Shown here: in pieces, positions 38,494 to 47,995 of the stretch
Layout: every line of letters begins with the position of its first letter
Position numbering within the stretch: the stretch's first letter is position 1
Assembly: GCA_003518055.1 (NCBI GenBank)
Contig: DOZJ01000002.1
Coordinates: forward strand, 170,137 to 234,136
Direction of reading: 5' to 3'
From: Candidatus Falkowbacteria bacterium
GTDB taxonomy: Bacteria > Patescibacteriota > Patescibacteriia > UBA11705
Length of the DNA stretch: 64,000 bases
Notes under the pieces: model-generated
What the model was told of the DNA's origin: nothing
The model's input: only the letters and a program-made list of their open reading frames with translations
The model's database searches: none
Translations under genes and position numbers: made by a program

Positions 38494-39006
38494 ATGCCCA
38501 GCCAATTTGTCGTACCCCAATTTATCGATGTCGAAGACAAAATTCTCGGACCGGTCACGATTCGCCAGTTTACGATTATGATGATTGCTTTGGTCGTGGG
38601 GGCGATAGAATATAAATTACTCAATTTCGCTGTTTTTGTTCCAATCGCGATCATTACCGTTGGCAGTGCGGCCATTGTCGCGTTCGCGCGCGTGAATGGC
38701 CGGCCGATTCATTTTTTCCTGTTGAGTTTTTTACAAACGTTACGCCGGCCGCCACAAAGAGTTTGGAACAAAGCCGCTTATATCAGCGGCGTGCAGGAAG
38801 TCAAAGAAGTCCATGAGATTATTCATGAAGAGGTTAAAGTTAAGTCTGAAGTTTCCGAATCGCGCCTAAGAGATTTGTCTTTGTTAATCAATACCGGCGG
38901 CGTTTATCGCACCGATGATGATTTTTTTGCCGATCAGGTGGCGGAAGATCAAATGAAAAAGAAGAAGACGGCCGGTCAAGAAGCAGGCAAAGAGTCACCG
39001 TTATAA
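38494..39006 (+). CDS. PrgI/VirB3-like small membrane protein
   Basis: two TM helices in the N-terminal 90 aa; position immediately upstream of the VirB4-like ATPase, as in Gram-positive-type T4SS loci. Confidence 0.4.
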   Translation: MPSQFVVPQFIDVEDKILGPVTIRQFTIMMIALVVGAIEYKLLNFAVFVPIAIITVGSAAIVAFARVNGRPIHFFLLSFLQTLRRPPQRVWNKAAYISGVQEVKEVHEIIHEEVKVKSEVSESRLRDLSLLINTGGVYRTDDDFFADQVAEDQMKKKKTAGQEAGKESPL

Positions 39007-39118
39007 ATGGTAATCAGTCTTGCCGGTTTTATCAGAGATTATTTATCCGGAGTTAGTCGTTTCAATAGTTATTGTTTTATCCTAAGTATAATAATTACCT
39101 TGACCTTAATCATACATA

Positions 39119-39821
39119 TATGCCCGCCAAAACCCAAGAAATGCAAAATAAAAAACTGGCCGGAAACAAAATTTCACACTCGACGCAGTTGTTTTTGGAT
39201 GTCGCGGAAATCAAGAATAATACTGTTATAATGAAGGACGGTACTCTTCGGGCGGTTGTGATGGTTTCGAGTTTGAATTTCGCCTTGAAATCCGAGGACG
39301 AGCAAGACGCGGTGGTTTCTTCTTACGTCAGCTTTCTCAATTATCTTGACTTCCCGATTCAAGTGGTGATTCAATCCCGAAAACTCGATATTTCCAAATA
39401 TCTTGGGCGTCTGGCTGATCGAGAAAAAGAGATATCCAACGAATTACTGCGCCGGCAAATGGTCAATTATCAAGCCTATATCAAAGAGCTGGTTGAACTG
39501 GGGGATATTATGAATAAACGATTTTTTATTGTCGTTCCCTACCGGGCGGTTGAGGATACAAAGCGCGGATTTTTTTCCCGTTTTGGCGAAGCTTTGACTC
39601 CGGGCAAGGTAATTAAACTTAATCAGGAAAAGTTTGAAAAATACCGCTATACTTTGAATCAGCGGGTTGAGCATGTCAAGATGCATATCAGCGAGCTTGG
39701 TTTGGAAGCCGTGGTTTTGGATACTCAGGGACTGATTGAGCTCTACTACAACGCGTACAACCCTGACGTCGCCGACAAACAAAAAATGCCGGATATCTCG
39801 AAACTTCGTTTGTCCGATTAA
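39119..39821 (+). CDS. hypothetical protein (possible detached VirB4 N-terminal-like domain)
   Basis: The track ORF starts at TTG 39072; ATG at 39119 preferred. Placement directly upstream of virB4 and weak pattern similarity (LRAVVMVSSLNF...) are the only support. Confidence 0.3.
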
Positions 39822-39888
39822 CCTAACTTGGAGTTTCTAGAGTTATCAAAATGTGACCCATGATATTTTATACTAATCAAATGTTTAT

Positions 39889-41778
39889 ATGTTCAACGCC
39901 AAAGACGCCCTCACCGAGAAACCCGAAGTCCCAGAAGTGGAGCTGAACGAGTTGGAAAAAGAAAAAAAGATTGAGACGCAAAGCGAGGCGAGTCAAAAAT
40001 TGATTGAAGAAGAAAAGACTTACCGACAGGGTATCGTCTCGGTTTTGGATTTGGTGGCTCCGGCCGGCTTTGAAGTCAAACCGTCTTTTATCAAGCTTGG
40101 CAGTTGGTACGCTCGGACTCTGTTTGTCATGACTTATCCTCGGTATATATCGGTTGGCTGGTTTGCCCCGATCATTAATTACAATTCATCTCTCGACATC
40201 AGCATGTTCTTTTATCCCATGCCCTCGGAAATGGTTTTGAAACAGCTCAAAAAACAAGTCGGTATTTTGCAGGCCGCTCTCAATATGGCCGCGGAAAAAA
40301 GCAAGCCACGCGATCCGCTCCGAGAAACCGCTCTGCGCGATATTGAACAGCTTCGTGATGATCTGACTCAGGGAACGGAAAAGTTTTTTCAATTTGGTTT
40401 GTATACCACTCTATACTCCAAATCAGAGGATGAACTCGACAAGCTAACCGAAGATGTTGAAGCGGTTTTCGGTTCACGCATGGTCTACACCAAACGGGTC
40501 TTTTATCAATCTGAGCAGGGTTTCAATTCAACCTTGCCGATCGGGAATGATGAGTTGATGATTACCGCCAATTTGAATTCCTCGCCGATCGCGTCGTCTT
40601 TTCCATTTATATCATCTGACCTGTCATCCGAAGAAGGTATTTTATATGGCATCAACCGCCACAACAATAGCTTGATTATTTTTGATCGTTTCAGTTTGCA
40701 AAACGCCAACTGCACGGTTTTCGCTACTTCCGGCGCCGGTAAAAGTTATACCATTAAGTTAGAAGTATTTCGGTCGATGATGATGGGGACTGATGTGATT
40801 ATTATCGATCCGGAGCGTGAATATAAACTTTTATCAGACGCGGTTGGCGGTACTTACGTCAATATTTCACTCAATTCCGAGAGCAAGATCAATCCCTTTG
40901 ATTTACCCCGAGCTGTTGGCGAAGATTCTTCGGTTGAGGACGTCATCAGGAGCGCGGTCATCAGCGTTAAGGGGTTATTGAAACTCATGTTGGGCAAACT
41001 GACTTTTCAAGAAGACACCATCTTGGATCGGGCGTTGATTGAAACTTATGCCAAAAAAGATATTACTCCCGACAGCGATTTGGACAAAGTCGAACCGCCG
41101 TTGATGCAGGATTTATTTGATGTGCTCGATGGCATGGAGGGCGGCGCTGATTTGGCGTTGCGCCTGCGCAAATACACCACCGGCACCTTTTCCGGCCTTT
41201 TCAACGCGCCCACCAATGTGGATATGGCTAATCAGCTGGTCACTTTTTCCGTTCGAGATTTGGAAGATGAGTTGCGGCCGATGGCATTGTATAATATTAT
41301 AAATTATGTCTGGAGCGTGGTGCGGTCAGAGTTGAAAAAAAGAATTTTGGTCGTGGATGAAGCTTGGTGGCTTATGATGTATGATGATTCGGCCAAGTTT
41401 TTGCATGGATTGGTCAAGCGTGGCCGTAAATACTATCTTGGTATTACCACCATTACTCAGGACGTCAATGACTTTCTAACCTCTAAATATGGTCCCGGTA
41501 TTGTGAATAACTCAGCGCTAAAAATTCTACTAAAACAATCATCATCAGCCATTGATGTTATTGTCAAAACATTCGGGTTAACCGACGGTGAAAAGATGTT
41601 GCTGCTCGAAAGTAATGTCGGCGAGGGGATTTTCTTTGCCGGCGCCAAACACGCGGCCATCAAAGTGGTTGCTTCCGGCCTCGAAGATTCGATTATCACC
41701 TCCAACCCGGCGCAGCTTTTGGAAATGGAGAAAAAGCGTAAAGCCGCGATTGAATCCGAACAGCCACCTGAACGCTAA
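39889..41778 (+). CDS. VirB4/TrbE/CagE-family type IV secretion ATPase
   Basis: Walker A FATSGAGKSYT; Walker B RILVVDEAWWLM; conserved C-terminal ATPase core of about 400 aa. Confidence 0.75.
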   Translation: MFNAKDALTEKPEVPEVELNELEKEKKIETQSEASQKLIEEEKTYRQGIVSVLDLVAPAGFEVKPSFIKLGSWYARTLFVMTYPRYISVGWFAPIINYNSSLDISMFFYPMPSEMVLKQLKKQVGILQAALNMAAEKSKPRDPLRETALRDIEQLRDDLTQGTEKFFQFGLYTTLYSKSEDELDKLTEDVEAVFGSRMVYTKRVFYQSEQGFNSTLPIGNDELMITANLNSSPIASSFPFISSDLSSEEGILYGINRHNNSLIIFDRFSLQNANCTVFATSGAGKSYTIKLEVFRSMMMGTDVIIIDPEREYKLLSDAVGGTYVNISLNSESKINPFDLPRAVGEDSSVEDVIRSAVISVKGLLKLMLGKLTFQEDTILDRALIETYAKKDITPDSDLDKVEPPLMQDLFDVLDGMEGGADLALRLRKYTTGTFSGLFNAPTNVDMANQLVTFSVRDLEDELRPMALYNIINYVWSVVRSELKKRILVVDEAWWLMMYDDSAKFLHGLVKRGRKYYLGITTITQDVNDFLTSKYGPGIVNNSALKILLKQSSSAIDVIVKTFGLTDGEKMLLLESNVGEGIFFAGAKHAAIKVVASGLEDSIITSNPAQLLEMEKKRKAAIESEQPPER

Positions 41779-41831
41779 ATTTTCTCAATCTGTCTTACCA
41801 ATTAATTTCGATTAATTTCTTAATCATTTCA

Positions 41832-41910
41832 ATCCCGCTTCTCGCGAGAGGCGGGATCAATCTCTCAATTCTCTTAATCTCTTAATTCTCTTAATCTCTT
41901 AATTCTCTCT
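41832..41910. repeat. GC hairpin (atcccgcttctcgcgagaggcgggat, terminator-like) followed by the tandem repeat tctcttaat x ~6 upstream of the 41913 gene
   Basis: direct reading of the sequence. Confidence 0.6.
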
Positions 41911-41912
41911 CT

Positions 41913-42473
41913 ATGTACTGGACCAGAAAAAAAATTATAATCGCGATTATCGTTTTAGCCGCGGTTGTGGCTGGTATTTTAATTTTTTATCTTTGGCGGA
42001 GCCAGACCCGCGACACCTCAAAAGAACTTGGTCCCGGCTCAGTTAATAAAACCCGGGTTTTGACCTACCAAGCACCCGAGTTGACTGAAGCGGAAAAAAA
42101 CAGTTTGGCATTAACCAATATTTCACGCTCTTTTGCTGAACGATTCGGCACGGCATCAAGTCAGACTGTGGAACTTGGTTTCAGTGAACTCAAGGCCGTG
42201 ATGACCGACAGCTTCTATCAATGGGCCGGCACCACCTATCAGAACCGCTTAGCCTCTGAGTTGAAATCAGACGGAGCGTATGCGGTGTTAACCACCGAGG
42301 CGCTGGCTGTTGAGGTTAGTGAGCTGGCGGCTGATAAGGCCGTGGTAATTGTGGAAACGACCCGCGTAAAAAAAATGCCTGATTCAGATCCGATCAATTA
42401 CAAACAAAAGCTGACCTTGAATTTTTTGAACCAAGGCGGAGAATGGAAAGTTGACGGAGCTTATTGGCAATGA
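41913..42473 (+). CDS. membrane-anchored hypothetical protein
   Basis: N-terminal TM helix; ATG start. Confidence 0.4.
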   Translation: MYWTRKKIIIAIIVLAAVVAGILIFYLWRSQTRDTSKELGPGSVNKTRVLTYQAPELTEAEKNSLALTNISRSFAERFGTASSQTVELGFSELKAVMTDSFYQWAGTTYQNRLASELKSDGAYAVLTTEALAVEVSELAADKAVVIVETTRVKKMPDSDPINYKQKLTLNFLNQGGEWKVDGAYWQ

Positions 42474-43171
42474 TCGGCGGGGGCATAAAAAACTTGCTCC
42501 TCGACTGGTTATTCCCGCGGCAGTGCGTGGTTTGCGGCCGGGGTGATAGTTATTTTTGTCTCAAATGTCAAAGCCAACTGCATGTTCTCGAACCGAAATT
42601 GTGTGTGATCTGCAATCAGCTGGTAGCGGAGACAGGTGTTTGTGTTGATTGCCGGGAGCATGTTTTTTTTGATCACGCTGTGATTCCGGTTCGCTACAAG
42701 GGTACTGTGATCGAACCGGTTATTCATGAATTCAAATTTGGCTTTATTGAAGATTTGGGTGTATATCTCGCCGGATTAATCATCGCCAAATTCAGAGCTC
42801 AGAATTTTAAACATGATGAAAATGTCTTGGTGATTCCAATTCCTCTGCATCGAAAGCGGTTGGCTGAACGCGGATTCAACCAAAGCTCGATTCTCGCCCG
42901 CCAGATGGCCGAAGAATTGGGCTTGAATTTTAATGACAACCTGTTACGGCGGACAAAATCGACCGCCCAGCAAGCCAAATTAGATCGAACCGAACGAATC
43001 AAGAATTTAACCGATGCCTTCAGCTTGTCTGATAGCGGATTGGTTGCCGGCAAAACAATGATTTTAGTCGATGACGTTATGACTTCGGGGACAACAATGA
43101 ACGAAGCGGCCAAGTGCCTTAAAGCTGCGGGTGCGTCCACGGTCATTGCCGCTGCCGTCGCCCACAATTAA
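42470..43171 (+). CDS. comF: ComF-family protein (double zinc ribbon plus phosphoribosyltransferase domain)
   Basis: CVVCG...CLKCQ...CVICN...CVDC; PRT motif ILVDDVMTSGTTM. The ATG at 42470 overlaps the upstream stop. Confidence 0.65.
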   Translation: MIGGGIKNLLLDWLFPRQCVVCGRGDSYFCLKCQSQLHVLEPKLCVICNQLVAETGVCVDCREHVFFDHAVIPVRYKGTVIEPVIHEFKFGFIEDLGVYLAGLIIAKFRAQNFKHDENVLVIPIPLHRKRLAERGFNQSSILARQMAEELGLNFNDNLLRRTKSTAQQAKLDRTERIKNLTDAFSLSDSGLVAGKTMILVDDVMTSGTTMNEAAKCLKAAGASTVIAAAVAHN

Positions 43172-43177
43172 CAATCT

Positions 43178-44269
43178 ATGCGTATTATTTTGTCCGGCGG
43201 CGGCACCATGGGTTCAGTTTCTCCGCTGCTTGCCGTATATGAAAAACTCAAAGACCGCCGTGAAGTCGACGCGCTCTGGCTGGGGACTTCAACCGGGCCT
43301 GAAGCGGCGATCGTCGGCGCTTATAATATAAAATTTTCCGCGTTGCCGGCCGGCAAATTTCGGCGTTATTTTGATTGGCATAATCTGACGGATATTTTTC
43401 TCATTCTGTTCGGTTTTCTCAAATCATTATGGCTTGTTTATCGCTTCAAACCCGATCTCGTGTTGACCGCCGGCAGCTATGTCTGTGTGCCGGTTGCTTA
43501 CGCGGCCAAAGTGTTCAAAAAACGGTTGATTGTCCATCAGCAGGACCTCCAAATCGGTCTGGCAAATAAATTAATGCAGCCATTGGCGGACAAGATTACC
43601 TTGGCGGTGTCTGAACTGCGGGACAAATATTCGCAGCCGGACAAACTCGTTGTGACCGGCAATCCCACCCGAGATTTTCTATTTCACGGTTTAAGTGAGC
43701 GGGCCGTCACTCGATTCAGCTTAGCGCCTGAATTACCGGTACTGCTTATTATGGGTGGGGGTGTTGGCTCAGAGATCATCAACAAAGTCTTTATTGAATC
43801 CGCCGCCAAACTGACCGAATTTTGTCAGGTGATTCACGCGGTCGGCAAGGGTGATCAGACCAAATGGCTGTTGTCTCCGGCCATCGAGAATAATCGCCGT
43901 TATCATGCGGTGGAATTTTTGGGCCCTGAGTTGGCTGATGTTTATGCCGCGACTACGGTATTTTTTGGCCGCGCCGGCTTTGGCACGCTGACCGAGTTGG
44001 CCGCCTTGGGTAAACCGGCGGTCGTCATGCCCATCCCCGACAACCAGCAAGAAAAAAACGCCGAGTTTTTTCACCGCCAAAAAGCGGTCGTCTATGTCCG
44101 TCAAGCGGATTTCTCGGGCGAATACATAATCAATTTATTAGCTGATTTATTATCTCGGCCAAAACGATTATCCGAATTGAGCCTCAATATCCAAAGGGTC
44201 CTGCCTGAACAGGCGGCAGACAAATACGCCGAGCTTATTTGTGACTTGTTGGGGGAATTCGACTCTTGA
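43178..44269 (+). CDS. murG: MurG-like GT28 undecaprenyl-PP-MurNAc-pentapeptide GlcNAc transferase
   Basis: MRIILSGGGTMGSVSPLLAV N-terminus; C-terminal GGGVGSEIIN and the GT-B nucleotide-binding region. Confidence 0.6.
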   Translation: MRIILSGGGTMGSVSPLLAVYEKLKDRREVDALWLGTSTGPEAAIVGAYNIKFSALPAGKFRRYFDWHNLTDIFLILFGFLKSLWLVYRFKPDLVLTAGSYVCVPVAYAAKVFKKRLIVHQQDLQIGLANKLMQPLADKITLAVSELRDKYSQPDKLVVTGNPTRDFLFHGLSERAVTRFSLAPELPVLLIMGGGVGSEIINKVFIESAAKLTEFCQVIHAVGKGDQTKWLLSPAIENNRRYHAVEFLGPELADVYAATTVFFGRAGFGTLTELAALGKPAVVMPIPDNQQEKNAEFFHRQKAVVYVRQADFSGEYIINLLADLLSRPKRLSELSLNIQRVLPEQAADKYAELICDLLGEFDS

Positions 44270-44389
44270 CATCAGCCCTATTTTACGCTAGAATGTAGGA
44301 GAAATGTCATATCTTGGTGGCGAATGGATAAATTGTATGGTTTTGTTTTTTTAGAATTTGTAATTTAGTATTTAGAATTTAATCATTAC

Positions 44390-44466
44390 GGGTCCTTAGC
44401 TCAGTCGGTTAGAGCGCCAGCCTTTTAAGCTGGGCGTCCTGGGTTCGATTCCCAGAGGACCCACCA
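44390..44466 (+). tRNA. tRNA-Lys (anticodon UUU)
   Basis: cloverleaf folded by hand: acceptor gggtcct/aggaccc, anticodon loop cuUUUaa, T-arm ctggg-ttcgatt-cccag, CCA encoded. Confidence 0.8.
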
Positions 44467-44501
44467 AAAAATAGCGATCAGTTCGTTATTTTTTGTTTAC
44501 C

Positions 44502-44672
44502 GGGTCCTCAGCCACACACAAGTGTGTGTGGCGTTGGGAATCGAAGGCCGGAGCGATGCGCGACGAATACTGGTGAGGAGCGCCGCGAGGCCGGGCCCGG
44601 AGCGACGAGCCGGGAGGCGAGGAGACGGAGGGGATTCCCAGAGCCTGCCTACCGGCAGGCAGGGACCCACCA
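44502..44672 (+). other. tRNA-Lys-derived pseudo-tRNA / structured element carrying a ~130-nt GC-rich insert; it ends with the same 40-nt tail as the true tRNA
   Basis: starts gggtcctcagcc and ends ggggattcccagag...gggacccacca; ACCCACCAAAAAATAGCGATCAGTTCGTTATTTTTTGTT occurs at 44458-44497 and 44664-44703. Confidence 0.45.
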
Positions 44673-44854
44673 AAAAATAGCGATCAGTTCGTTATTTTTT
44701 GTTTTCCTTGTTTGATCAAGTGCTTTCCTTGGTTCAATAAGTAGTCAGAAATAATTTATAAAAAATACCCGACGGGTATTTTTTATTTTTTGCAATTATT
44801 GCTAATCGGTCGACCAGTTTTTTTTGACCAAGACGCTATTTGGATTGTGGCCGG

Positions 44855-45208
44855 TCACGTTTTTTTCGCATTTCGATAGCTCCCGATAAAAAGCTTATAA
44901 CATATGTAATATCCCGCCATTCCAATGATCAAATCCCAAGTTTTATCCGTCAATGTTTCGACTTTGAATAAAATTTCTCCGGCCGTAAATTCAAAAATTT
45001 CCCACATGATCATGAGTAGAAATATCATGACGTGGGCTTTCCAGTTGGTCGCTTGGGGCCATTTCCACGCGACAATCAGCCCGATTGTGATGCCGGTAAT
45101 AAGATGCACCCAGCTCCAACGGTCAATCATCAGGCCATCAATTTTAATGTATGGTTTATTGAGCCAGGCATCGACTGTATTCATCAGAATAAGGATTGTT
45201 TCTACCAT
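44855..45208 (-). CDS. small polytopic membrane protein, function unknown
   Basis: 117-aa ORF with ATG start and 3-4 TM helices. Confidence 0.4.
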   Translation of the reverse strand: MVETILILMNTVDAWLNKPYIKIDGLMIDRWSWVHLITGITIGLIVAWKWPQATNWKAHVMIFLLMIMWEIFEFTAGEILFKVETLTDKTWDLIIGMAGYYICYKLFIGSYRNAKKT

Positions 45209-45331
45209 AAATTTGGGTTAAATTCACTAAAAGTATACTCCTAATTCGGTCAACAGCCAAATTTTTTTTCTCCATGATTTATGGTATAATAAACAAAGAA
45301 ACCAAGTTGATTGCTTGCCATTTTTTGGCTT

Positions 45332-47995
45332 ATGAAATTTCACAACATTCTCTGGTACAATTATTCCCCGGCCGAATGTTTCACCCTGCTTGAAAGCAGT
45401 GAGGTTGGCCTCAGTGAAAAAGACGCCTTGAAACGGCTGAGAACTTTTGGTTTCAATCGATTGCCGCGGTCAAAACGCGCCTCGGACTGGCTGATATTTG
45501 TCCGCCAATTTAACAATATCCTAGTTTATATTCTGCTGGGCGCCGCGGCGTTGTCGATATTGCTTGGCGAATATGCAGACTTAGCGATTATTCTCATGGC
45601 GGTTTTTATTAATATCATTGTCGGCTTTATTCAGGAACGTAAAGCGGAGACTCAACTGGATCTCCTCCGTGATTACATCAGCTATGAAACCAAAGTCATC
45701 CGTGATGGTTTGATTCATGTAATTAAAGCTGAGGAGTTAACCCCCGGTGACGTGGTGATCCTAGAGTCTGGCAATCAAGTGCCGGCTGATATCCGACTGT
45801 TTGACGTCCATTCTTTGTCTTGTTCCGAAGCCGTCTTGACCGGTGAGTCGGCTCCGGTGAGTAAACATACCAGGCAATTATCTTCAGATATTACCAAAAA
45901 GTCTTTGGTCGTTGATCGGAAATGTATGGTGTTTAAGGGGACGGTGATAGCCGAAGGCCGGGCAAAGGGTGTGGTCGTTTCTACCGGCCAGTTTACCGAA
46001 ATCGGGAAAATCGCTTCCCTGCTTGAAAAAACTGAAAACGAAGAAACTCCGCTGCAGTTTCGATTAAAAACCTTCAGCCGCGTTTTAGGCTTGTCAATTT
46101 TAGCGGTGGCGGGTGCGATCGTTATTATCGGTGTTTTGCGTGGATTATCTTTTTGGGATATTGTTTTGGTGGCGATGGCGGTGGCCGTCTCCGCCGTGCC
46201 GGAGGGGTTACTCGTTGCGGTCACGGTTATTTTAGCCATTGGCATGCAGCGGATACTCAAGAAAAACGCCCTGGTGCGGACATTAGTGGCCGCCGAAACG
46301 CTTGGCAGCACCTCAGTTATTTGCGTGGATAAGACGGGGACGATCACTGAAGGCCGGATGCAAGCTAAAGAAGTGGTTTTCTGGCACGACAGTCTTGAGC
46401 TGACCGCAAAAAAGCCGTCAAGACTGGATCCGGCGATGGAGAAATTTTTACAAACTTCTTTGCTCGTCAACAACGCCGATATTGACGTGGCCGACGGCCA
46501 CGAATTGATTGGTTCTCCGACCGAGCGGGCCATCCTGAGTGGTTCCATGGAATTGAATTACAGTCTTGACCGATTAGTCGATATTGAACGTTTGCTCGAG
46601 ATTCCATTTCAGTCTAGTACAAAATCAATGTACACATTAAACAGGGATGGAAAGAAGTTTATTTGGGCGATGAAGGGCGCGCCAGAAGTGGTTCTGGCGC
46701 AATGTTCTGAATTTGTTTCCGGTCAAAACAAGATAGTGTTCACGCCAAAATATCGATCCTTGTGGCAAAAGATGTTTGATTCTTATTCTCGCCGCGGCTA
46801 TCGGCTTTTGGCTGTGGCCGGAGTGGTTGCGCCTTCTGACGACTCCAGTTATTACCGTGAGAAAAAATTGGTTTTTTATGGTTTTTGGGTGATCGAAGAT
46901 CCGTTAAGGCCAGACATCGCTGCTACAATTTCTCAAGTCAATCAAGCGGGGATTCGTCCGATTATGATTACAGGGGATCATCAGTTGACCGCTTCGGAAA
47001 TTGCGCGTCAGATCGGATTGCCAGTGGGTGAGGGCTCAGTCATGGAAGGTCAAGAGTTGATGATCGCATCAAGTGATGATCTGAAAATCAAGGTTCGGCA
47101 AGTCTCAGTTTTCGCTCGGGTTTCACCCGAGGACAAATTGAAAATTGTTGAAGCGCTGCAATCAAACGGCGAAGTCGTGGCGATGACCGGCGACGGGGTC
47201 AACGATGCTCCCGCGCTGAAAGCCGCCGATATCGGAATCGCCGTTGGCACCGGTACCGATGTGGCCAAAGAAACCGCAGATATGGTGCTGCTTGATAATA
47301 ATTTTCGGACGATTGTTTTAGCGGTTGAGCAGGGGCGGATTATTTATAGTAATATAAAAAAAGTGATTGTGTATCTATTGGCGGACAGCTTTAGCGAACT
47401 GGTACTCATTGTCGGTAGTTTATTGGCTGGGTTGCCGCTTCCGATCACTGCCGCCCAGATTCTTTGGGTCAATCTGATCACTGACGGTTTCCCGGCTGCG
47501 GCCTTGACCGTTGAGGCCGGTGAACAGGGAATTATGAAACAGCCGCCGATCAAAAAAAACCGCAAACTTTTGGATCGTGAAATGAAAACATTGATTTTTG
47601 TCATTGGTCTTTTTTCCGACATTGTGCTCTTTATCCTCTATAATTGGCTGCTTGGTCAGGGTTGGAATATTGATCACGTTCGTACGGTTATATTTGCCGG
47701 ATTGGGGTTGAATTCGCTGCTGTATGTTTTCAGCTGCAAGAGTCTGATTCGACCGCTTTGGCGGATAAATATTTTTGATAATGTTTATCTCCTTCTGGCG
47801 GTTGCGGGCGGCCTTCTGCTTCAAGTGGTCCCAATTTATCTGCCCGGATTAAATTCAGTGCTTGGTTTACGGCCATTGGGATTGGTTGAATGGGGTATGG
47901 TTGTCACTTTTGCGCTTATGCAGGTCGTTTTAATCGAGTTGACTAAAATATTTTATCGCTTACGCACTAAACGTCAATATGAAAGTTTTGCTTAA
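45332..47995 (+). CDS. P-type IIA cation-transporting ATPase (Ca2+/Mg2+ SERCA/PMCA-like)
   Basis: Cation_ATPase_N-like N-terminus; ICVDKTGTITEG; PEGL motif; MITGDHQLTA; MTGDGVNDAPALKAADIGIAVG. The track ORF starts at TTG 45311; ATG at 45332. Confidence 0.8.
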   Translation: MKFHNILWYNYSPAECFTLLESSEVGLSEKDALKRLRTFGFNRLPRSKRASDWLIFVRQFNNILVYILLGAAALSILLGEYADLAIILMAVFINIIVGFIQERKAETQLDLLRDYISYETKVIRDGLIHVIKAEELTPGDVVILESGNQVPADIRLFDVHSLSCSEAVLTGESAPVSKHTRQLSSDITKKSLVVDRKCMVFKGTVIAEGRAKGVVVSTGQFTEIGKIASLLEKTENEETPLQFRLKTFSRVLGLSILAVAGAIVIIGVLRGLSFWDIVLVAMAVAVSAVPEGLLVAVTVILAIGMQRILKKNALVRTLVAAETLGSTSVICVDKTGTITEGRMQAKEVVFWHDSLELTAKKPSRLDPAMEKFLQTSLLVNNADIDVADGHELIGSPTERAILSGSMELNYSLDRLVDIERLLEIPFQSSTKSMYTLNRDGKKFIWAMKGAPEVVLAQCSEFVSGQNKIVFTPKYRSLWQKMFDSYSRRGYRLLAVAGVVAPSDDSSYYREKKLVFYGFWVIEDPLRPDIAATISQVNQAGIRPIMITGDHQLTASEIARQIGLPVGEGSVMEGQELMIASSDDLKIKVRQVSVFARVSPEDKLKIVEALQSNGEVVAMTGDGVNDAPALKAADIGIAVGTGTDVAKETADMVLLDNNFRTIVLAVEQGRIIYSNIKKVIVYLLADSFSELVLIVGSLLAGLPLPITAAQILWVNLITDGFPAAALTVEAGEQGIMKQPPIKKNRKLLDREMKTLIFVIGLFSDIVLFILYNWLLGQGWNIDHVRTVIFAGLGLNSLLYVFSCKSLIRPLWRINIFDNVYLLLAVAGGLLLQVVPIYLPGLNSVLGLRPLGLVEWGMVVTFALMQVVLIELTKIFYRLRTKRQYESFA

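Noticed and set aside
44502-44672. tmRNA (ssrA) interpretation of the tRNA-like GC-rich element
   Set aside because: At 171 nt it is far too short. It has no recognisable tag-peptide reading frame ending in a stop, no pseudoknot series, and no GGGG...UCCACCA tmRNA ends.
44524-44715. ORF 44524..44715 (+), Arg/Glu-rich 63 aa
   Set aside because: It lies entirely within the GC-rich insert of the tRNA-like element, and its composition reflects purine-rich repeats rather than a protein.
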